Assembly (NCBI GenBank): GCA_965198235.1
Contig: OZ240248.1
Coordinates: forward strand, 1,568,001-1,632,000
Length of the DNA stretch: 64,000 nucleotides
Source of the DNA: Candidatus Poribacteria bacterium
GTDB taxonomy: Bacteria; Poribacteria; WGA-4E; WGA-3G
Reading direction: 5' to 3'
Shown here: piece by piece, positions 1 through 10,367 of the stretch
How positions within the stretch are numbered: position 1 is the first letter of the stretch
Layout: the number at the start of each line of letters is the position of its first letter
The notes under the pieces: generated by a model
Seen by the model: the letters and a program-made list of their open reading frames with translations, nothing else
What the model was told of the DNA's origin: nothing
Databases searched by the model: none
Program-made: the position numbers and the translations under genes

Positions 1-54
1 TTATAGTGCGCAAGCCTATAGAGGCTTGCGGGACAATGCCTCCGTCTTTTTTTC

Positions 55-858
55 TTACTCTACCGCAACAATTGCGATCTTCCATCGGTCTGCTTGCTGA
101 ATGAGCACATCGGCATCCATCACAAAAGTTCGCCGGGCTTCCACTGCTAACGCACTCGCTTTAACTTGATGCAGCACCTCAAGCGTCTGCATTCCCACCG
201 TTGGCACATCAATACGAAAATCGTGGTTCTCGGCGGCTGCTTTCGCAACAACGATTCCCTGCCTTCCCAAGTTTCCTCCCCTCTGAATAGTCGCATCTGT
301 CCCTTCAATGGCTTCCATAGCAAGGACAATCTGATTCTTAACGACAACCGTTTGCCCGATATCCATATTTGCTATCTGCCGGGCGATACTGATACCGAGT
401 TCAATATCTGTCCATTGGCTCGCTGTGGGTTGTCGAGTTGTTAAAACGCTGGGTTGTGGAAGAAGGTGTTGGAGATACTGATCTTGGGTGAGGATGGTAA
501 GTCCGGCGGATTCAAGGTGGTTAAGTGCTGCGTTGACGATTACGGAAGGTTTTTCGCGTCGGTTCTGTACGAGGATTTTAATGGTGGTCGTATCAATTTG
601 AAAGGGTCGAAGGAGGATGTTTTTTTCGACTTTCCCGATGATCACAGTCTCTTTCACGCCTGAATTGAGAAGCGTTCGGGTGATCTTTTGAATCTGACCC
701 ACCCCATAAGTATGAAGTTCGCATGCGATTCCGGCGAAGCGTTGCGCGTCGGACTTGGTAATTTGGATGATAACGGGTTGTCGCTCATGGGCAACAGCGG
801 CACGTGCTAATAGCACCGGCAGCTCACCTGCGCCTGCAATAATACCCAATTTTTCCAC
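55..858 (-). CDS. lpxI: UDP-2,3-diacylglucosamine pyrophosphatase LpxI
   Basis: GIIAGAGELP N-terminus, DIGQTVVV, EAIEGTD and DVPTVG motifs; next to lpxA. Confidence 0.9.
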   Translation of the reverse strand: MEKLGIIAGAGELPVLLARAAVAHERQPVIIQITKSDAQRFAGIACELHTYGVGQIQKITRTLLNSGVKETVIIGKVEKNILLRPFQIDTTTIKILVQNRREKPSVIVNAALNHLESAGLTILTQDQYLQHLLPQPSVLTTRQPTASQWTDIELGISIARQIANMDIGQTVVVKNQIVLAMEAIEGTDATIQRGGNLGRQGIVVAKAAAENHDFRIDVPTVGMQTLEVLHQVKASALAVEARRTFVMDADVLIQQADRWKIAIVAVE

Positions 859-883
859 ACTTTCGCTCCCCGTATAGTTTCAA

Positions 884-1168
884 TTTTTTAACTATTGGCA
901 CTTGGGCATCGTTCCATTACATTCCACGATGGTTTCTGGTGAAGTCAGGAACCTTTGAACTCTTGGAGCGGGTTGGAATTGACCAAAAACCACTGCGAAA
1001 CGAAATTATGCCTTAAATGGCATAATTTTGCTTCGCATTGTCCCGCAGGTTTCCTATAGAGGCTTGCGCAGAATGCTTTACATTTGGAGCAGTTTAACCA
1101 TCAACTCGACTCCGTTATAAATGTTAAAGCACGAGTTGATGGTTAACAGAGTCCCGTAGTTAGAAAAT
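884..1168. repeat. Family A intergenic hairpin element with nested modules
   Basis: TTTTTAACTAT...TAGTTAGAAAA ends; arm CATCG-15nt-CGATG at 907-931; nested AAATTATGCC-TTAAAT-GGCATAATTT palindrome and CAACTCG...CGAGTTG module. Confidence 0.85.
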
Positions 1169-1245
1169 CTTTACACGGCTTTTGGTTAGAATAGTGTTCT
1201 CAAAGAGGTTATGAATAATGAGCCGTTGCCTAAGAATTTTGCAGG

Positions 1246-2070
1246 CTAACCACTCGGAGCGCGGTTCGGTTGACTAAACCCTATGCCACGTTTGGAGGTT
1301 TCTATAAATTTAAGTAAATATTCAACTTCCGGCGTTGGTTCGAGTGTTTCTCTGACTCTGGCGACGGCATGCTTAAGTGGTAGCCCCGAGCGGAACAAGG
1401 TGCGGAACGCCTTCTTTAACGCCGCGAGTGTTTCAGGTGTGAGCTGTGACAAAGGGTTAATCCGTGATGTTCGGATACCGATACGGTTGAGGTCCCGAAC
1501 ACGCGCCGGTTGTCCGGCGGAGAGGGCAAAGGGTGGGATATCCTGCACGATCTTTGAGAAACCGCCTGCCATTGCCATCTTGCCTACGCGCACATATTGG
1601 TGCAGTGCCGCATGCGCCCCCAGTCGAACGTCATCTTCAATCACGACATGCCCCGCAAGCGAGACAAAGTTTGCCATGATTATCCTATTGCCGACGATGG
1701 TGTCGTGTGCAAGGTTAACCCAATTCATCAGCAAATTATTGTCCCCAACGATAGTTGCTTCCTCTTCAAAAGATGACCTGGAGATGGAGACGTATTCGCG
1801 TAGTATATTGCGATTCCCGATTTTCACGTAACTCCGCCAACCCCCGTACTTTAGGTCTTTGGATTCGTTACCGATGGTAGCACCGAAGAAGATTTTGCAT
1901 TCTTCGCCGATAGTTGTCCATTTTTCAACCTGAACATGGGGGCCGATCACCGTGCCGCGCCCTATATGGACATCTTCACCGACAAGACTGTAGGGGCCAA
2001 TCTTAACCCCTTCTTCCAACGTTGCTTTTGGAGAGATAATAGCCGTAGGGTGAATGTTGGTTTCTAGCAC
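1246..2070 (-). CDS. lpxA: UDP-N-acetylglucosamine O-acyltransferase LpxA
   Basis: IHPTAII start, hexapeptide repeats, QDIPPF and LNRIG motifs; lpx cluster. Confidence 0.93.
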   Translation of the reverse strand: MLETNIHPTAIISPKATLEEGVKIGPYSLVGEDVHIGRGTVIGPHVQVEKWTTIGEECKIFFGATIGNESKDLKYGGWRSYVKIGNRNILREYVSISRSSFEEEATIVGDNNLLMNWVNLAHDTIVGNRIIMANFVSLAGHVVIEDDVRLGAHAALHQYVRVGKMAMAGGFSKIVQDIPPFALSAGQPARVRDLNRIGIRTSRINPLSQLTPETLAALKKAFRTLFRSGLPLKHAVARVRETLEPTPEVEYLLKFIETSKRGIGFSQPNRAPSG

Positions 2071-2091
2071 AGATGTCCCTCCCTAATCTTG

Positions 2092-2245
2092 TTTTTAAAT
2101 GATCAGCCCTCGCGCACCGTTCCACTACGTTTCACGATGGTTACTGATTTGATTGAAGCCGCCTCTGTTGCAAAAACCCTGTTTGAATACATCGGAAACC
2201 ACCGTGTAATGAAATGGAGCGGTGCCCAGGTGTTAATCATTTAAA
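2092..2245. repeat. Family A element (plain form)
   Basis: Two inverted arms with 15-nt loops (TTCCACTACGTTTCA; TGTAATGAAATGGAG at 2205-2219) around a unique core. Confidence 0.8.
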
Positions 2246-2266
2246 GAATGTTAAAAGGACCACGGT

Positions 2267-3553
2267 TCAGACAGAAGCCAATACAATTGACAGTTCCGCC
2301 TCTGTAGCGAGTTCGTCTCCTACATAAACGCGTCCTTCGATGCGTGCAATTCTGCTCCGTAGTTGGGCGACCTCTATTTCCAGTCGAAGCTGGTCCCCCG
2401 GAATGACAGCGCGTCGGAATGTTGCCTTATTGATCGAGCGAAAATAGCCAAGTTCACCTTCCTTACCGATGTCTCGAAGCACAAGCCATGCAGCGAGTTG
2501 TGCGAGTGCTTCAATCTGTAACACCCCAGGCATCACAGGGCGCGTCGGGAAATGCCCCTCAAAAATTGGTTCGTTATAAGTCACGTTCTTGATGCCTACG
2601 GCGCGCTTTTTACTTTCGTATTCAATAACTCTATCGACCATGCACATCGGATGTCGGTGCGGCAACACTTCATAAATATCCATTACCTCAATCGGTTCTT
2701 GAACAGGTGCCTGTTGAAGGTGGCCCGCCTCAGCGAGGGCTTGCACAAATTCCGCATGGAACATATGTCCAGTCCGCATCGCGAGAACATGTGCCTTCGG
2801 CATGTGTCCGGCTAAATAGAGATCGCCAATCAAATCAAGGATTTTATGTCGGACAAACTCGTCTTCAAACCGCAGTGGTGTACTGGATTCACCTGCGGCA
2901 TTGATAACAACGACATTATCGTAGGTTGCCCCTTTCCCAATACCGAGTGCCTGTAGTGCTTCAATTTCATTTTCAAAACAGAAACTCCGTGCTGGCGCGA
3001 TGTCGGAAGCGTATGATTCTGGGGTTATTTTGAATGTCGCTGTTTGTGGTTTCGTCTGTGGATGCGCGTAAACGAATGTCACCTCTAACGCGTCGGCAGG
3101 TAGCAACACGAGCTGCTTATCCGCTACAGAAAGCGCGAACGGCTCCGTGACCTCAATAAACTTCCGTGGGACATCTTGTGAGACAAGTCCTACTGCTTCG
3201 ATATTCTCGACATATGGTGCCGCGCTCCCATCAAGCCCAGGAGGTTCCGATGCGTCAAGCTCCACTGTCGCGTTGTCAACGCCGAGACCGCCGAGTGCTG
3301 AGAGGATGTGTTCGACGCTGCTAACCGTTGTATCACCGTTGCGTAGACTGGTACATCGTGGCAGAATATCTGCCCAGTTCTCCTGACATACCTTCACTTC
3401 TGGGGCACCAGCGATATCCACCCGTCGGAAGAGGATGCCAGAGTCTGCCGGGGCTGGTTTCAAGGTTAATGTCACGGGTTCCCCTAACATTAACCCTTTT
3501 CCTGTCATTGTTATTTCGTTTTGAATTGTTTGCTGTGAATCAGCTTTTGCCAT
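2267..3553 (-). CDS. lpxC: Bifunctional LpxC / FabZ
   Basis: VEHILSAL and RHKILDLIGDL (LpxC), followed by LPHRHP and GHFP..PVMPGVLQIEALAQ (FabZ). Confidence 0.95.
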   Translation of the reverse strand: MAKADSQQTIQNEITMTGKGLMLGEPVTLTLKPAPADSGILFRRVDIAGAPEVKVCQENWADILPRCTSLRNGDTTVSSVEHILSALGGLGVDNATVELDASEPPGLDGSAAPYVENIEAVGLVSQDVPRKFIEVTEPFALSVADKQLVLLPADALEVTFVYAHPQTKPQTATFKITPESYASDIAPARSFCFENEIEALQALGIGKGATYDNVVVINAAGESSTPLRFEDEFVRHKILDLIGDLYLAGHMPKAHVLAMRTGHMFHAEFVQALAEAGHLQQAPVQEPIEVMDIYEVLPHRHPMCMVDRVIEYESKKRAVGIKNVTYNEPIFEGHFPTRPVMPGVLQIEALAQLAAWLVLRDIGKEGELGYFRSINKATFRRAVIPGDQLRLEIEVAQLRSRIARIEGRVYVGDELATEAELSIVLASV

Positions 3554-3574
3554 TCGCTTTTGTCACCTTCTGTT

Positions 3575-3770
3575 TTTTTTACGATTGACTCTGGTCACTG
3601 CTCCATAAGTAAAACAAAGATAAATTATGCCATTTAAGGCATAATTTCATTCCGCAGTGGTTTTTGGTGAAGTTATGCCCAGTGCGGTTCGGAAATCCAC
3701 CTACCGGGGCTTCGGGACCGAAAACCATCCTGAAACGAAGTGGAACGATGCCCAGATTCAATCATTTAAA
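3575..3770. repeat. Family A element with nested palindrome
   Basis: Same arms plus AAATTATGCCATTTAAGGCATAATTT at ~3622-3647. Confidence 0.8.
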
Positions 3771-4800
3771 ATCCGCATTTTTCGTATCGTTCTATTGTGT
3801 TCTGAAAGCGTCTTTGAAAAGTGGTGCTTTCCCTCGCCTATCGCCACGAAGTAGAGATAGTCTGTTTTTTCGGGCCGCAGTGCAGCTATAATTGAATCAA
3901 TACCTGGATTCGCAATGGGACCAGGGGGTAAACCCTTGTGTTTATACGTATTGTAAGGCGAATCAACCTGTAGATCGGCTTTCGTCAAGGGTCTTTCTGG
4001 GTTCCCTAAGGCGTAAAGTACCGTTGGATCTGCCTGAAGCTTCCACTTTCGTGTAAGCCGGTTATGGAAGACACTTGAAATACGGGGGCGTTCCAGTCCA
4101 GATTGTGCTTCTTTTTCGATGACAGAAGCGAGCGTTACGATTTCGTGACGGGTACGCCCTAAATTTTGCGCCTCCTCGTCAAATTTTTCCGTCCATTGCT
4201 GTTTAAATTCATCAAGCATCATCTCAACAACTTTTTCAGTTGTTGTGCCTTTTGCGAATTTGTACGTATTCGGAAAAAGGTAGCCCTCTACAGTTTTGTC
4301 TGCAAGCCCGTACCGCTTCAACAAACGCGAGGATTCGGAGGCTTTCCGAAATGCCTCGGCTGTGCCAAAGCCGCTCATTTCCCAAAGTTCAGCAATAGCA
4401 GATGTCGTTAAACCCTCTGGCACTGTCCAGCTAACCAGCGTAACCTGCCCCTTTTCAAATTCATTGAGTAGATCCCACAACGCCATGTTCCGCCGTAACA
4501 TATAAGTTTCAGCTTGTAGGTGTCTACCAGTCCCTCTATATCGGACAACTATACGAAAGGCGTATTCGCTGCGTATTAGTTTTTGTTCAACCAATCGCTT
4601 TGCTATTGCCCGCGAACTACTCCCTACTGGTACGTCGAAATTAACAACCTCTTCTGACGATGTGGGTGGTAGCGTCAGGGATACCCCAATCAACAAAACA
4701 ATGAGGCAGAGAGCACCAAGACAGCAGAGCGTCAGTATGCCTATCTTAATTTTCGTGTTTTCGAGAGAGAAGTATCTTGACGACTTGGTGATTGGACAGA
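3758..4800 (-). CDS. mltG: Endolytic transglycosylase MltG (start uncertain)
   Basis: EGYLFPNTY, LASVIEKE, LQADPT, SPYNTY and GLPPGPI motifs; the TM helix lies upstream of the TTG at 4696. Confidence 0.88.
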
Positions 4801-4854
4801 TTTACCTTCTACTCCCTGTTCTGTTTGTGCAGACCCCATGTATTTTCATAATTC

Positions 4855-5002
4855 TTTAAATGATAGGCCCTCTGACTGTGCTCCATTACATTCCGCACAG
4901 GTTTTCGCTAAGAACGCACGAGTACTTTTTATCCTACATTTCTTAGAAAAGACCATCGTGGAACGAAATAGAACGATGAGCATTTGACCCTAGTTAGAAA
5001 AT
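4855..5002. repeat. Family A element
   Basis: Arm CTGTG-CTCCATTACATTCCG-CACAG at 4876-4900; ends TAGTTAGAAAA. Confidence 0.78.
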
Positions 5003-5048
5003 TGTTGGAGGGTCACCCGTAACACCTTGGCATATCCTAATGGAAAGA

Positions 5049-5495
5049 TCAGGAATGCTCTGTGGGTGCTGCAGGATTGATCTCCCGATTGCTATTCAAA
5101 TAGTCTTTGAGAATAATTACCGCTGCTACCTCGTCAATAAGTTCTTTCTGTGCTTTTGTGTCTTTGTTAAGATCGCGCAAAATCTCTTCTGCTTCAGCGG
5201 TTGTAAAACGTTCATCCTGAAATTCGATCGGAATGTCAATTACATGCTCCAAGCGTTGGGCAAACTTCTGGATCTTCTTCGCTTGCGTGCCAATAGAGCC
5301 GTCAAGAGAGATAGGCAAACCGATAACGACACGTTCCACCTTGTGGATGGAAATGAGATCCGAGATAGCAATTAAATCAACCTGCCGATTTTTTCGGGTT
5401 AGTGTACACAGTGGATGTGCCGCAATACCGAGAGCGTCGCTGAGCGCAACACCAATGCGTGTATCACCAACATCTAATCCGAGTAAAATTGCCAT
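5049..5495 (-). CDS. ruvX: RuvX/YqgF family nuclease
   Basis: LGLDVGDTRIGVALSD, VIGLP, DERFTT motifs; ATG at 5495 (the longer ORF start lies in a repeat). Confidence 0.93.
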   Translation of the reverse strand: MAILLGLDVGDTRIGVALSDALGIAAHPLCTLTRKNRQVDLIAISDLISIHKVERVVIGLPISLDGSIGTQAKKIQKFAQRLEHVIDIPIEFQDERFTTAEAEEILRDLNKDTKAQKELIDEVAAVIILKDYLNSNREINPAAPTEHS

Positions 5496-5635
5496 TTTTA
5501 AACGATTGCTCCTGGGCAAAGAAACACCCAAGCAAAAACCCCTCCATTTCATTGCGGGCAGGTTTCTGATAAAGTCCGTAACCCTTTCAAACCTAAAGCA
5601 GGTTCTCTACGTGCCCAGACCCAATAATTAAAAAA
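5496..5635. repeat. Family A element with AAAAACCCCAAGC-type words
   Basis: Core ~5570-5610 is an approximate reverse complement of the core at 56858-56903. Confidence 0.75.
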
Positions 5636-7414
5636 TTAGAAGCGGCCCGAACGCAAAATAGAGATTACCAATCCGAATCCAAAAAAAGTTGCAGTTAGAT
5701 AGCCCATAATGCCGAGAAAAAACTTCCATTCCCAGATTTCAGCGACTTGTAGGATGATCGACGAGCCTACAATCAATGAGGCAATGATGAGGCTAAAAGC
5801 GATCCGATTGACGACTCGATCGAATACCTTAATCACTGCTTCAAGGCTCAGATGCTCAAGCTCAAATTTAAGAGAACCTCGTTGTAATTTTTGCAGAATA
5901 CGATGCAGTTGAAGAGGCGTGTCTCGGACCAATTCCGTGAAATCTTCTATAGAATCTGCTACCTGCCGCTCCCACTGTTTACTTCCAAAATTTTGGACGA
6001 GAAATTGTGCAATATACGGTTGGCTGAATTTCAGGATATCGAAATCAGGATGCAGTTTCATCACAACCGATTCAACCGTCGCAACAGTCTTGCCGAGCAT
6101 TAAAAAGGCTGGCGGCACATGAATTTGATGACGCAATGATGCGTTAAAGACTTCGTGAATTACCTCGCCGAGACGGAGTCTACTCGGCGGCATATTGAAA
6201 TGACGCTCTAAAAAATCGTTCATTTCTAACTTTAACGCTGCGATGTCTGTTCCGTCCCCCAAAATACCCATTCGGATGTAGCTTCTAACGACCGCATCTA
6301 CGTCTTTAGTTAACACGGCACTCAGCCAACTACAGATATGACGCAACATATCGTTGCTTATCCTACCCACCATGCCGAAGTCTACCAGTCCGATCCGTCC
6401 ATCCTCTAAAACGAAAATGTTCCCCGGATGCGGATCCGCGTGGAAAAAGCCATCGCTCAGCACCTGTGTGTAGAATATTTCCACGAGCGTTTCAGCGAGT
6501 TCCGTCCGATCAAACCCCATCTCATCTAATTGGGCGATTGCGTTGATTGGTACACCATCGATCCGTTCCAAAGTCAAAACACGACGATTCGTGAATTCCC
6601 AATAGACTCTGGGAATTTTCACCTTCGGTGACGTTGCGAACCTCTGGTGGAACGCATCTGTATTTGCGGCTTCGATTGTAAAATCGATCTCTTTCCGAAT
6701 TGAGCGTGAGAACTCGCGGACGAGCTCAGTCGGTTTGAAGAGATGCATCTCTGGGTCTCGATTCTCAAGCCGTTCTGCTAACTCCATCAATAGGTTGAGA
6801 TCCGTCTGAATAATCGTTGCCACGCGTGGACGTTGGACTTTAACGACTACCGGCTCACCTGTTTCTAACGTTGCTGCGTGCACCTGTGCGATTGAAGCCG
6901 CCGCGAATGGCTGCCGTTCGTAGGTTAAGAAGACCTTCTCAAGCGGCAATTCGAATTCCTGTTCGATGGTGGTGCGGACCTCTGAGAAGTCGAAAGACTG
7001 TGCGTGTCGTTGCAATTTCTGGAACTCGGTGCTCCACGCTAGTGCTTCTTCTTGTCCGACGAGTTCAGAGAGAATGTCCACTCGGGTGCTGAGAACTTGT
7101 CCTAATTTTACGAACGTTGGTCCCAACTCTTCAAACGCAAGTCGCAAACGCTCTGGAACAGATAGGAGTGTCCCTGAAGTATTTTCATCTGAATCCTTTC
7201 TCACATTTCGGAAATCCCACCATCTCGATTTCTGGGAATGGGTATCTTCTCTCGCCTTCCGCGTGAACACACTTTTGAGTCTGAAACGACTTGTCCGTCC
7301 TCGCTCGAAAATTTGAGAGATGATATGTCCGAAGCCGTGTCTCGCAAGAATGCTAAAGATCTCAGGCAGACGTTTTGCACTTTTGAGTTTACGATTCAGG
7401 TTCAGAATGCGCAT
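5636..7414 (-). CDS. AarF/ABC1/UbiB family atypical kinase
   Basis: LGPTFVKLGQ, AAASIAQVH, VVVKVQRP, FFHADPHPGN and DFGMVG motifs; C-terminal TM helices. Confidence 0.92.
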   Translation of the reverse strand: MRILNLNRKLKSAKRLPEIFSILARHGFGHIISQIFERGRTSRFRLKSVFTRKAREDTHSQKSRWWDFRNVRKDSDENTSGTLLSVPERLRLAFEELGPTFVKLGQVLSTRVDILSELVGQEEALAWSTEFQKLQRHAQSFDFSEVRTTIEQEFELPLEKVFLTYERQPFAAASIAQVHAATLETGEPVVVKVQRPRVATIIQTDLNLLMELAERLENRDPEMHLFKPTELVREFSRSIRKEIDFTIEAANTDAFHQRFATSPKVKIPRVYWEFTNRRVLTLERIDGVPINAIAQLDEMGFDRTELAETLVEIFYTQVLSDGFFHADPHPGNIFVLEDGRIGLVDFGMVGRISNDMLRHICSWLSAVLTKDVDAVVRSYIRMGILGDGTDIAALKLEMNDFLERHFNMPPSRLRLGEVIHEVFNASLRHQIHVPPAFLMLGKTVATVESVVMKLHPDFDILKFSQPYIAQFLVQNFGSKQWERQVADSIEDFTELVRDTPLQLHRILQKLQRGSLKFELEHLSLEAVIKVFDRVVNRIAFSLIIASLIVGSSIILQVAEIWEWKFFLGIMGYLTATFFGFGLVISILRSGRF

Positions 7415-7522
7415 GAAGTTTCATCTCTTTATAAGTTTGACGATACCACTCTTAAAATTTTACACGAAAAATTTTGTGGAGTCAAGAAAAATCTCATAAG
7501 CACAAACATAGTGTACGGAAAC

Positions 7523-7551
7523 TTGATAAATTGCCATAGTGCTGGTATAAT
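7523..7551 (+). promoter_or_regulatory. sigma70-like promoter
   Basis: TTGATA-N17-TATAAT. Confidence 0.55.
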
Positions 7552-7670
7552 TTGCTAAGGAAAAGAGCAGCGAGATCGCAAGCCGTGTTGAGAACTGGAA
7601 TCGATCCTCTTTTTGCATTTAGCGGAAGGAAAATCGCTCACACGCTATTGTATACAGAACAGGAAATTAA

Positions 7671-8552
7671 ATGTCTAAACATCAACTTTATTATGGCGAT
7701 AACCTTGAAATTCTTCGGACGTATGTTCCTGATGAAAGCGTCAACCTGATTTATATTGATCCACCGTTTAACACGGGAAAACTCCAACAGCGTACAGAGA
7801 TCCAGGTCGAACTGGATGCCGATGGTGATCGGATTGGCTTCCAAGGTAAAACATATCGAACCCTCACAGGTAAAACCACGCATTACACCGATAAGTTTGA
7901 GAGTTCGGATGCTTATTTACAGTTTTTGCGACCTCGTTTTGAAGAAGCGTATCGCGTGATGCACCCGCACGGTAGTTTCTTCCTCCATATTGATTACCGT
8001 GAGGTGCATTATTGTAAAGTAATGCTTGATGAGATTTTCGGACGCGAATCTTTTATCAACGAGATTATTTGGGCTTACGATTACGGAGGGAGGCCCAAGT
8101 CGAGGTGGCCCGCCAAACACGATAATATCTTGTGGTATGCCAAAACGACTGAGCACTACACCTTCAATTTCGATGAAATGGATAGGATTCCGTATATGGC
8201 ACCCGGGTTAGTAGGAAAAGCAAAGGCGGCACGTGGCAAAACACCGACCGATGTCTGGTGGCATACCATTGTTGCCACTAATGGGGGTGAAAAGACCGGC
8301 TATCCGACACAAAAGCCGCTCGGAATCCTTAACCGTATCGTCAAGGTGCATTCATCATCAGGTGATACGCTTTTAGATTTTTTTGCTGGCAGTGGCACAT
8401 TCGGTGAAGCTGCAGCACTACACGACTGCTCCTCGATTTTAATCGATAATAATATTCCCGCAATCAAACAGATTATGAATAGATTGGCTCTTTATGGGAT
8501 CGAACTCGTCAATGTTGATTATGAGACATTGCGCGGGCATCAGGTAAAGTAG
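7671..8552 (+). CDS. Orphan N4/N6 DNA methyltransferase (beta class)
   Basis: DPPF motif IV before YPTQKP and DFFAGSGT motif I; no adjacent nuclease. Confidence 0.9.
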   Translation: MSKHQLYYGDNLEILRTYVPDESVNLIYIDPPFNTGKLQQRTEIQVELDADGDRIGFQGKTYRTLTGKTTHYTDKFESSDAYLQFLRPRFEEAYRVMHPHGSFFLHIDYREVHYCKVMLDEIFGRESFINEIIWAYDYGGRPKSRWPAKHDNILWYAKTTEHYTFNFDEMDRIPYMAPGLVGKAKAARGKTPTDVWWHTIVATNGGEKTGYPTQKPLGILNRIVKVHSSSGDTLLDFFAGSGTFGEAAALHDCSSILIDNNIPAIKQIMNRLALYGIELVNVDYETLRGHQVK

Positions 8553-8706
8553 GAGTATTTCGTTTTCTCATTCCGTGCCAAAAAAGTCAGAAATTGCTCC
8601 TTTGGCTATCTTTTTCGGTACCGGTGTTTCTAATTAAGAGTGAGTACCACATTGTAGCGATAAACCTGGAGGAGAGCTGAATCTCCTCGAAGATAGAAGC
8701 TTCGAC

Positions 8707-8735
8707 TTGATTTACATTGAGAAACTGGATATAAT
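8707..8735 (+). promoter_or_regulatory. sigma70-like promoter
   Basis: TTGATT-N17-TATAAT. Confidence 0.5.
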
Positions 8736-8741
8736 AGGTGT

Positions 8742-9422
8742 ATGGAGGCGGGGATGATGAAAAGACTTAAGGAGATTTCAGAACAGATTCGAGAAAATAT
8801 AAACCAATTTCTGGAAGCGGTTGACGGTGCCGAATCGCTGCTTGATAAAGCTATCGTTGACATGAAAGCGCGATTTGATGAGGCAAAAGATCTGGTAGCC
8901 ACAGCGATCGCAGAAGAACAGAGACTCAAACGCGCCTATCAGGAGGCTGTTGACACAGCGAACATGTGGGATGAAAAGGCTGACGCTGCTTTGCAAAATC
9001 GGGACACAGCACGTGCAAGCGAAGCACAACAGCGCAAGCGATACCATCTAAATGTCGCAGATGGCTATAAACGCCAAATTGCTGCTCAGACAGCAGTCGT
9101 AACGTCCCTCAAAACAGCACTTCAGGAATTTTATCGGCAATTCCAAAGCGCAGCGGGGCACGCTGAAACCCTATCCCACCGTCAGAAGCAAGCGGAGACG
9201 CGCGCGGAACTCTATAAATTAATCGCGGCAGCGGAAAAAGCGATCTCCACTACTTTGGTACAGTCTAAACAAAAATTAAAAACGGCGGAAGAAAAAGCAG
9301 AAATTTGGGAAAACCGAAATCGCCGCGATGCCGCTGATGTGAAAAAAAACGCAGATAATTCCAACCTCGACCAGACGCTTGCAGAACTTAAAAGTGATGT
9401 CTTAGGCAGTCATCGCAAATAA
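8742..9422 (+). CDS. PspA/IM30 family protein
   Basis: Coiled-coil; pattern LLDKAIVDM..VATAIAEE..W.EKA.AAL resembles PspA. Confidence 0.8.
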   Translation: MEAGMMKRLKEISEQIRENINQFLEAVDGAESLLDKAIVDMKARFDEAKDLVATAIAEEQRLKRAYQEAVDTANMWDEKADAALQNRDTARASEAQQRKRYHLNVADGYKRQIAAQTAVVTSLKTALQEFYRQFQSAAGHAETLSHRQKQAETRAELYKLIAAAEKAISTTLVQSKQKLKTAEEKAEIWENRNRRDAADVKKNADNSNLDQTLAELKSDVLGSHRK

Positions 9423-9522
9423 TCTTTTAACTATGGGTATCGCTGTGATTGCTCCTATCGGAGCGGTTATCGGTTTTCGGTTAGGTCTGGGCGTTTTCGC
9501 AGAACAGCACGGTTTCTTAAAA

Positions 9523-10281
9523 ATGATTAAAACCTTAAGTTTGACGAAATATTTCGGTAAATTGTGTGCTGTAGATGCATTGACACTTGAGGTGGAGGCA
9601 GGTGAGATATTTGGATTCCTTGGGCCTAATGGGGCAGGAAAGACGACGACAATCAACATGCTGACAGGCTTACTCCGTCCGACATCTGGCACTGCAACGC
9701 TTGGCGGTTATGACATTCAGAAGCAGAGTTTACAGGCGAAAGCGATTCTCGGACTGATGCCCGATACGCCTCAACTTTATGAAGCATTGAGCGGTAGACA
9801 GTTTGTCCGTATGATAGCGGATTTATATGAAGTACCACCGGGGCAAGCCGAAAATGAGATGGGCGTGCTACTTGAACAACTTGAACTTACCGATGCTGTT
9901 GACGATCAGATTAAAGGGTATTCTTACGGCATGCAGAAGAAGATTCTGCTGATCTCGGTTCTCGTGCATCATCCGCGGATTCTTTTCCTTGATGAACCGA
10001 CTAGTGGTCTGGATCCGAGGAGTGCACGCACTGTCAGGGAAATCCTGCGCGAACGTTGTGAGCAGGGTTCTACTGTATTTATGACAACACACATCCTTGA
10101 AATTGCTGAACGTATTTGCGATCGAGTCGGTATTATCAGTAGGAGTCAACTTATTGCTGTGGGAACTCTTGCGGAATTACAGCAGAAAAAGCAGGAATGC
10201 CACGGACGACCCGTTGATGTCAGTCAGGACCAGACGGAGACACTTGAGGATATTTTTCTCGATCTGACGACAGATTTTTAA
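9523..10281 (+). CDS. ABC transporter ATP-binding protein
   Basis: GPNGAGKT, YSYGMQKK and LDEPT motifs. Confidence 0.93.
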   Translation: MIKTLSLTKYFGKLCAVDALTLEVEAGEIFGFLGPNGAGKTTTINMLTGLLRPTSGTATLGGYDIQKQSLQAKAILGLMPDTPQLYEALSGRQFVRMIADLYEVPPGQAENEMGVLLEQLELTDAVDDQIKGYSYGMQKKILLISVLVHHPRILFLDEPTSGLDPRSARTVREILRERCEQGSTVFMTTHILEIAERICDRVGIISRSQLIAVGTLAELQQKKQECHGRPVDVSQDQTETLEDIFLDLTTDF

Positions 10282-10365
10282 ATTTTCCTTGCGGTTCGGT
10301 GAAGTGAGTTGAATGAACCACGATCCGCTCCGTGGATCCGCACTCCACTTCGTTACGTGCTACTG
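10280..10365 (-). repeat. Family B element
   Basis: Minus strand reads GTAGCAC..GTGCGGATCCACG..CGAACCGCAAGGAAAATT. Confidence 0.7.
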
Positions 10366-10367
10366 AC

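Noticed and set aside
2267-3553. LpxC-FabZ fusion as a novelty
   Set aside because: Known fusion, for example in Bacteroidota.
3579-3761. Short ORFs containing LKWHNL/F (3579, 33296, 35760, 56434, 59725) as a peptide family
   Set aside because: They are translations of the Family A palindrome with no consistent start or length.
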